A stretch of DNA of 64,000 nt from Deltaproteobacteria bacterium (GTDB lineage Bacteria; Desulfobacterota; Syntrophia; Syntrophales; Smithellaceae). A program made the translations under genes and the position numbers. The stretch lies in NCBI GenBank assembly GCA_025361065.1, contig JANYAY010000010.1:12695-76694 (forward strand). Reading direction: 5' to 3'. Position 1 is the stretch's first letter, and the number at the start of each line of letters is the position of its first letter. Below the pieces are notes generated by a model. The model saw only the letters and a list, made by a program, of their open reading frames with translations. It had not been told where the DNA came from and did not search any database. Positions 55,706-64,000 of this stretch are shown here, in pieces.

Positions 55706-55716
55706 AGGTGGTTACT

Positions 55717-58961
<3,245 letters not shown>

Positions 58962-59062
58962 TTAAAAAAAGTTATGTAATTTTATGCCATTTTATCTGTG
59001 CAACAAAACCATTATAATTATCAGGCAATATCGCCACAACATTTACTTGTGATGTCTTGAAT

Positions 59063-59515
59063 TTAAGAAATCCTCATCTTTACTCCCAACAGGCTTTCGT
59101 TTGATTCAAAAGATAAGTTCCAGGCGTTATCGCTTACGGCTATTTCTTGCGCCGCAAACATTCCGGCTTCATTTTTAAATACGGGAATCGAAAGATCGAA
59201 TACTTTCGATGAGTCATATTTTTGTAAAAAATTTCCACCAATCATGTTTACGGCTTCTTTCACGCAGTCTTCAATTAGTTTCTGGGTTACTCCACTCTCA
59301 TCAACACCAAGCATGTTTTGTACCATAGCTCCGGCCAAATCACGTGTAAAAAAAACATCAATATTCCCTTTCATCGAGCCGGTAAAATTAATCGATGCAA
59401 TCATTTCGTATTTGACATCTTCATCCACAGGCTCCAGAAAGACGAAGAACATTTTTTCAAATACTTCAAAAATCGCACTCATCAGCAGTTCTTGTATCTT
59501 CTTTGTATTCCCCAT
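59063..59515 (-). CDS. Second CheX-like protein
   Basis: AIFEVFEKMFF...VKEAVNMIGGNFL follows the CheX pattern. GGAG lies 9 nt before the ATG. It overlaps the upstream REC gene by 50 nt. Confidence 0.65.
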   Translation of the reverse strand: MGNTKKIQELLMSAIFEVFEKMFFVFLEPVDEDVKYEMIASINFTGSMKGNIDVFFTRDLAGAMVQNMLGVDESGVTQKLIEDCVKEAVNMIGGNFLQKYDSSKVFDLSIPVFKNEAGMFAAQEIAVSDNAWNLSFESNESLLGVKMRIS

Positions 59516-59897
59516 TTTCGGAAACTCCTATGACTTGATGAAGGATTTTTTTGATATCTTCCGGCAAAAAAGGCTTCTTGATAAAGCCTTTTGCCCCTCT
59601 ATTAAAGGCTTCCTGCATGCGCTCGGAACTTCCTTCCGTTGTTATCAATATTACCGGAATTTCTTTTAAGGTTTCGTTTTTCTTTAATTGGTCCAGAAGT
59701 TCCAGACCATTAACTTCCGGCATATTTATATCGGAAATTATAACGTCAATCCAATTTTTCGAAAGGACTTCCATGGCTTCTCTCCCATTTCCGGCTTGCA
59801 AACATTGATCCATTTGAAACCCGGAAATAGTTACTATTTTCTTAATAACGGCCCTCATGGCGCTGGAATCATCTACGATCAGCACATTGAATGACAT
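59466..59897 (-). CDS. Single-domain response regulator (CheY-like) with a short acidic tail
   Basis: MSFNVLIVDDS..DINMPEVNG..KKPF. The ATG at 59897 follows AAGGTGA. The ORF-track TTG at 59924 is less likely. Confidence 0.85.
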   Translation of the reverse strand: MSFNVLIVDDSSAMRAVIKKIVTISGFQMDQCLQAGNGREAMEVLSKNWIDVIISDINMPEVNGLELLDQLKKNETLKEIPVILITTEGSSERMQEAFNRGAKGFIKKPFLPEDIKKILHQVIGVSENGEYKEDTRTADECDF

Positions 59898-59936
59898 AAC
59901 GTCACCTTCCCTTTTCAATTTCAATTACGCTGCTTA

Positions 59937-60788
59937 TCATATGATACTGATGAGTTCTTTGGCACGGCTTAGATCATCCGAAAGCAAAACCATACTCATT
60001 TCCAAATCCTTCATCCTTAAATTGAATTTCTTCAGTACCTGGCCTACTGCACGGTATGAAAGCCCGTCAACTCCACCACCAAAGCCCAGCATTATGCAGG
60101 CTTGATCAGCAATATAAACAATCCAGGGCATTATTTTTTCTTCTTTTTCCAACAAATCCGGCCGGTGATGGAAAGATATCGCATCGATAATTTCTGCCGG
60201 AAATTTCCAGTAAGCTGCAATTTTGCCCCCTAATTCCGCATGATTGATGCCTATGACAATTTCTTCAGCATCTAAAAAAGAGATATTTTGCGTTGCCACC
60301 AGTCCGGATATTTTAGCCAGAGAATCACGGACAAATTCGCCCATAATGATTTTTCCCACATCATGAAGAAGTGCTGCGGTATAAAGAGTGGTATTTTCTT
60401 GTCCGGTTATTTTTTGGGAAATAATCTGCGACATCAGAGCTACTGCCACAGAATGTTCCCATAAATCTGTCACTTTATCAAAGTAGCCGAGAGCTCCTTT
60501 TTTATAATATTTTGAAATACCGGCTGTCTGAATTGCTCGCAATAAGTTTTTTTGACCAAGATAAACTACGGCATCGTTGATGCTGCTGATTTTATGCCGG
60601 GGCCCGAAATAAGCGGAATTGGCCATTTTTAAAATATTTGCAGTTATCGAGGGATCAAATTTAATTACATTGGCTACTTCATTGACAGAATAATCCGGCT
60701 TCGTCAACAGTTGAGCCACCTTGTTGCCCGTTGCCGGAAATGCAGGAATTGTATTAATTGACTTTAATATGCGTTCAACTATTTTCAT
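59937..60788 (-). CDS. HDOD-domain protein
   Basis: PAFPATGNKVAQLL...AALLHDVGKIIM. Confidence 0.85.
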   Translation of the reverse strand: MKIVERILKSINTIPAFPATGNKVAQLLTKPDYSVNEVANVIKFDPSITANILKMANSAYFGPRHKISSINDAVVYLGQKNLLRAIQTAGISKYYKKGALGYFDKVTDLWEHSVAVALMSQIISQKITGQENTTLYTAALLHDVGKIIMGEFVRDSLAKISGLVATQNISFLDAEEIVIGINHAELGGKIAAYWKFPAEIIDAISFHHRPDLLEKEEKIMPWIVYIADQACIMLGFGGGVDGLSYRAVGQVLKKFNLRMKDLEMSMVLLSDDLSRAKELISII

Positions 60789-61288
60789 AATTCTTTCATT
60801 TCACCTCCGGAACTGCGCACAAAAACTTTACCGGTGGATATTTCCAGACGAATGGTACGGTTATAATTCAGGCCTGTATCTTCTTCGTCAATCATGACGT
60901 TATTCTTCCAAAATATTTTCCGCATTGCCATAATATTTTTTTGCCCGATACGGAAAAAATTGGTGTCATCCAATATACTGGCTCCGCCGGCTGCTTTAAC
61001 AATCATTCTCTTTTTATCGGCGCCCAATTTGTAACATGATTTAAATAACAACGGGATACCTGTATCAGCGAACATTTCAGGATTTTCCCGGGCTTTATTT
61101 TGATCCAGCGTAGATTCAGGCAACATATAATGTAACATGCCGCCGACTTTGGCAATTGGATCAAAAACAACTATCCCGATACAGGAGCCTAAGGCATAAG
61201 TTATAATTACATCGCCGGCATTATTACTAACTTTGATATCCGATATTCCTACAATCAAATCGCTCATAAAATCACTTTTGATAAACAC
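60785..61288 (-). CDS. cheD: Chemoreceptor glutamine deamidase CheD
   Basis: YALGSCIGIVVFD..GGMLHYMLP. The start may instead be the ATG at 61267, 4 nt after the cheR stop. Confidence 0.9.
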   Translation of the reverse strand: MFIKSDFMSDLIVGISDIKVSNNAGDVIITYALGSCIGIVVFDPIAKVGGMLHYMLPESTLDQNKARENPEMFADTGIPLLFKSCYKLGADKKRMIVKAAGGASILDDTNFFRIGQKNIMAMRKIFWKNNVMIDEEDTGLNYNRTIRLEISTGKVFVRSSGGEMKEL

Positions 61289-62099
61289 TTGGCTCTATGT
61301 ATTTAAAAGAATGTTTCAAGCTGGTTAAGCTTTCCGAATGTCCCACAAAAAAATAGCCGTCTTTTTTTAAACTGCCATAATATTTATTAACCAAACGGGT
61401 CTGAGTTTGCTTATCGAAATAGATCATCACGTTGCGACAAAAGATTACGTCATAATTAGATTCTGCCGGAAATTCATCCATCAGATTAAACCGCTTAAAA
61501 GAAATCATGTCTTTAATATCTTTCTTGATGCGGTAGTAGCCTTCAGAACGGCCGGTTCCTCTCTGGAAATATTTTCCCAAGACAGGGGCATTGATCTTTT
61601 TTACTCTATCTTCAGGATAAATTGCCGCCTCGGCTACTCGCAGTACTTTTGTGGAAATATCCGTTGCAACAATTTTAGCATCTAATGGCCTCGCTCCGGC
61701 TGCTTCTTTTATAGTTATCGCAATTGTGTAAGGTTCTTCTCCTGTGGAACAGCCCGCCGACCAGATATTAATTTTGGGAATAGCACCACGGGAACCGGTT
61801 TTCTCCATTATTGAGGACACAATAACTCTTAATTTGACAAAATGACTTTCTTCGCGAAAAAATGATGTTAAATTAGTGGAAATAGAATCGATCATCGCAA
61901 TCAATTCATCTTTACCATTACCTGTTGTCACATAGTGGCAATACTCACTAAAAGATTTATAGTTACCTTCCCGCAATCGACTACCTAGACGGGCTTTTAC
62001 TAATTCTCTTTTCCCCTCATGAAGATTTATTCCGCATACTTCGTAAACGAGCTTGCTAATTTTCTCGAATTCACTATCTTTAAGTTCAAATACCATCAT
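61272..62099 (-). CDS. cheR: Chemoreceptor methyltransferase CheR
   Basis: TNLTSFFRE, IWSAGCSTGEEPY and IFCRNVMIYF motifs. Confidence 0.95.
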   Translation of the reverse strand: MMVFELKDSEFEKISKLVYEVCGINLHEGKRELVKARLGSRLREGNYKSFSEYCHYVTTGNGKDELIAMIDSISTNLTSFFREESHFVKLRVIVSSIMEKTGSRGAIPKINIWSAGCSTGEEPYTIAITIKEAAGARPLDAKIVATDISTKVLRVAEAAIYPEDRVKKINAPVLGKYFQRGTGRSEGYYRIKKDIKDMISFKRFNLMDEFPAESNYDVIFCRNVMIYFDKQTQTRLVNKYYGSLKKDGYFFVGHSESLTSLKHSFKYIEPSVYQK

Positions 62100-62855
62100 T
62101 CAACTTTCAATCGTCAGATTTTTAATTCTATTAAAATTCCTGCAACAAGATATGCAATTTTCAAGCTGTTTTAATTGATATTGAATTTACCATGAAACTC
62201 AGCTGCTTAATCCAGATATGTAAGGCAATAAATATATGGACAGTTGCATCTATCAATTTTCTCTATCAATTGTAAACCGTATATCTATCTTTGTAACAAA
62301 AATAAAGATTTTTTAATGCATGTACTGTACCGGAAATTAGTCTTCTTCCATCCATTTCAGAAATCACCATATTAACAGGTGATTCGAAAGAATATTCGTT
62401 ATATTTAAATACAATTTCTCTTTCCCGCCACCAGGTCAAAATAAAATAATACATATTAATTTGTCTATTTATGCTTGGGAACTGAGCTTTAAATATTATT
62501 AATTATGTATTCGGCAAAAACATTGAATACTTAAGAATATTATCATTTTTTTGGGTCTTAAATGAAGAAACTACCCGGCGGGAAGGGAATACATATTTAA
62601 AAAAGCTAAAAGATTTACCTTCTGTCCCTGCCCTGCATTTATCGCCATCCGCAAGACTGTCCATTCTGCAGTTATTTCTATAAATTTTCATAAAAACAAA
62701 TATATATTACAAATTAATTGACGCTGCATAAAGCCGATGATTGTTTTTTGACGCTTTTAATAATGTTTACTATTGTTTTTTTAATACTTTTATCTTAAGA
62801 TAACGTTTCGTCGTATCTACTGCGGCAATTCCACAATATAATTACCGGAAATAAC

Positions 62856-64000
62856 ATGAAACAGGGTAAAATTCTCATAGCCGATGACAGTGAGCTCAAC
62901 AGAGATAACCTCTCTCAATTACTTCAAGAAAGCGGGCATGAAGTTAAAACTGTCTGCGACGGAAGGGAAGGGATTGAAGCTTTCCTCGAAGACAAATTTG
63001 ACCTGGTAATTACCGACATGCGCATGCCCAACGTTGACGGGTTGGAATTCCTCAAATACATTAAAAACACCAACAGCGATAATATCGTCATTATTATTAC
63101 CGGTCACGGAACTATAAATTCAGCCGTAGAAGCCATGAAATTGGGCGCTTTCGATTTCATTACCAAACCTATCAAGGAAGATCTGGTTAATTTATCAGTT
63201 AATCGGGCTCTGTCGTTTGCAAAATTGCGTGATGAGAATATTTCTCTGAAAGAGCACCTCAAAGAAAGACAAAATTTTGATAAAATTATTGGTTACAGCG
63301 AGTGCATGAAAAAAGTCTTCGATACAATAGACAAGGTTTCCGCTTCGGATAGTACAATACTCATCGAAGGTGAAAGCGGTACGGGTAAAGAACTGGTCGC
63401 TCGGGCTATTCATTTTAAAAGTGACAGAAGTAACCAACCCATGATTTCTGTCAACTGTGGTGCTATACCTGAAGATTTGCTGGAGAGCGAATTGTTCGGC
63501 CATGAAAAAGGTGCTTTTACCGGGGCAATTCGCAGCAGAATGGGACGGTTTGAACTGGCTCAGGCGGGGACAATATTTCTTGATGAAATTGGTGATATGA
63601 GTCCGGCCCTGCAAGTTAAAGTTCTCAGAGTAATTCAGGAAAAGCAATTTGAGCGAATTGGCGGCATAAAAACAATTAACGCCGATGTGCGTATTATAAC
63701 TGCTACTAACCAAAATCTGGAGAAGGCTGTTGCGGAGAAACGATTCCGCGAAGATCTTTTTTACCGCATTAATGTTATCCCTATTCATCTGCCGGCACTG
63801 CGTGAACGCGGCTCGGATATATTGATTCTGGCTAATCATTTCCTGAATAATTTTAATATACTAAAAAAGAAAAATGTTAAGCGTATTGCACCTGATGCAG
63901 TTAATTATTTAAAGCAGTATCAATGGCCGGGTAACGTTCGTGAACTGCAAAACTTAATTGAAATGATTGTCGTTATGAAAGAAGAAGGTGAAATTTGCAC
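62856..64000 (+). CDS. Second sigma54-dependent response regulator. The 3' end runs off the window.
   Basis: This ORF is not in the ORF track because it has no stop within the window. From the ATG at 62856 it reads MKQGKILIADD..DMRMPNVDG (REC), then GESGTGKELVARAIH, ESELFGHEKGAFTGA and RVIQEKQFERIGG (AAA+). Confidence 0.9.
   Translation, partial: MKQGKILIADDSELNRDNLSQLLQESGHEVKTVCDGREGIEAFLEDKFDLVITDMRMPNVDGLEFLKYIKNTNSDNIVIIITGHGTINSAVEAMKLGAFDFITKPIKEDLVNLSVNRALSFAKLRDENISLKEHLKERQNFDKIIGYSECMKKVFDTIDKVSASDSTILIEGESGTGKELVARAIHFKSDRSNQPMISVNCGAIPEDLLESELFGHEKGAFTGAIRSRMGRFELAQAGTIFLDEIGDMSPALQVKVLRVIQEKQFERIGGIKTINADVRIITATNQNLEKAVAEKRFREDLFYRINVIPIHLPALRERGSDILILANHFLNNFNILKKKNVKRIAPDAVNYLKQYQWPGNVRELQNLIEMIVVMKEEGEIC

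Overview
AT-rich window (roughly 40% GC by eye, not computed) holding an almost complete flagellar regulon and a chemotaxis cluster, nearly all on the minus strand. Family calls come from motif recognition and gene order only, since no database search was possible.

Layout, left to right:
- A 5'-truncated methyltransferase/GT2/TPR/GT2/TPR giant.
- A mazEF module whose antitoxin is frameshifted.
- flaF-flbT, a Ser-rich unknown ORF, and flagellin with a sigma28 promoter and a long leader.
- A small toxin-antitoxin cassette with a nonsense-mutated ParE-like toxin.
- A sigma28-driven TPR protein.
- csrA-flgL-flgK-flgN-flgM.
- flgJ-like, flgI, flgH, flgA, flgG, flgF.
- A free-standing FlhB C-terminal-domain protein with a second FliK-like protein, then a DUF2802-like protein, a small acidic ORF, a degenerate histidine-kinase-like protein and a second FliL.
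- fliA-flhG-flhF-flhA-flhB-fliR-fliQ-fliP-fliO-fliN-fliM-fliL.
- flgE-flgD-fliK.
- A MotE-like gene, then fliJ-fliI-fliH-fliG-fliF-fliE-flgC-flgB.
- A sigma54 response regulator with its sensor kinase, and a SPOR/TPR protein.
- A plus-strand PilZ-motA-motB operon.
- cheX-cheY-cheA-cheB, a second CheX-like gene, a REC protein, an HDOD protein, cheD and cheR.
- A 3'-truncated second sigma54 activator.

Five near-consensus sigma54 promoters and three sigma28 promoters can be read directly.

Observations most worth follow-up:
1. A conserved ~60-nt hairpin element inserted between ORFs inside the flagellar operons. It shows one compensatory change and strand-specific G.U pairing.
2. A ~64-aa module shared by the variable regions of FlgE, FlgK and FlgL.
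3. A 917-aa FlgL with tandem ~97-aa repeats carrying Asp-box (SxDxGxTW) motifs.
4. FlaF/FlbT and CsrA encoded together, with no FliW in the window.
5. Mosaic short-repeat families (GGCTGAAG, ATAACCT, GTCACAAG) in unusually long intergenic spacers.
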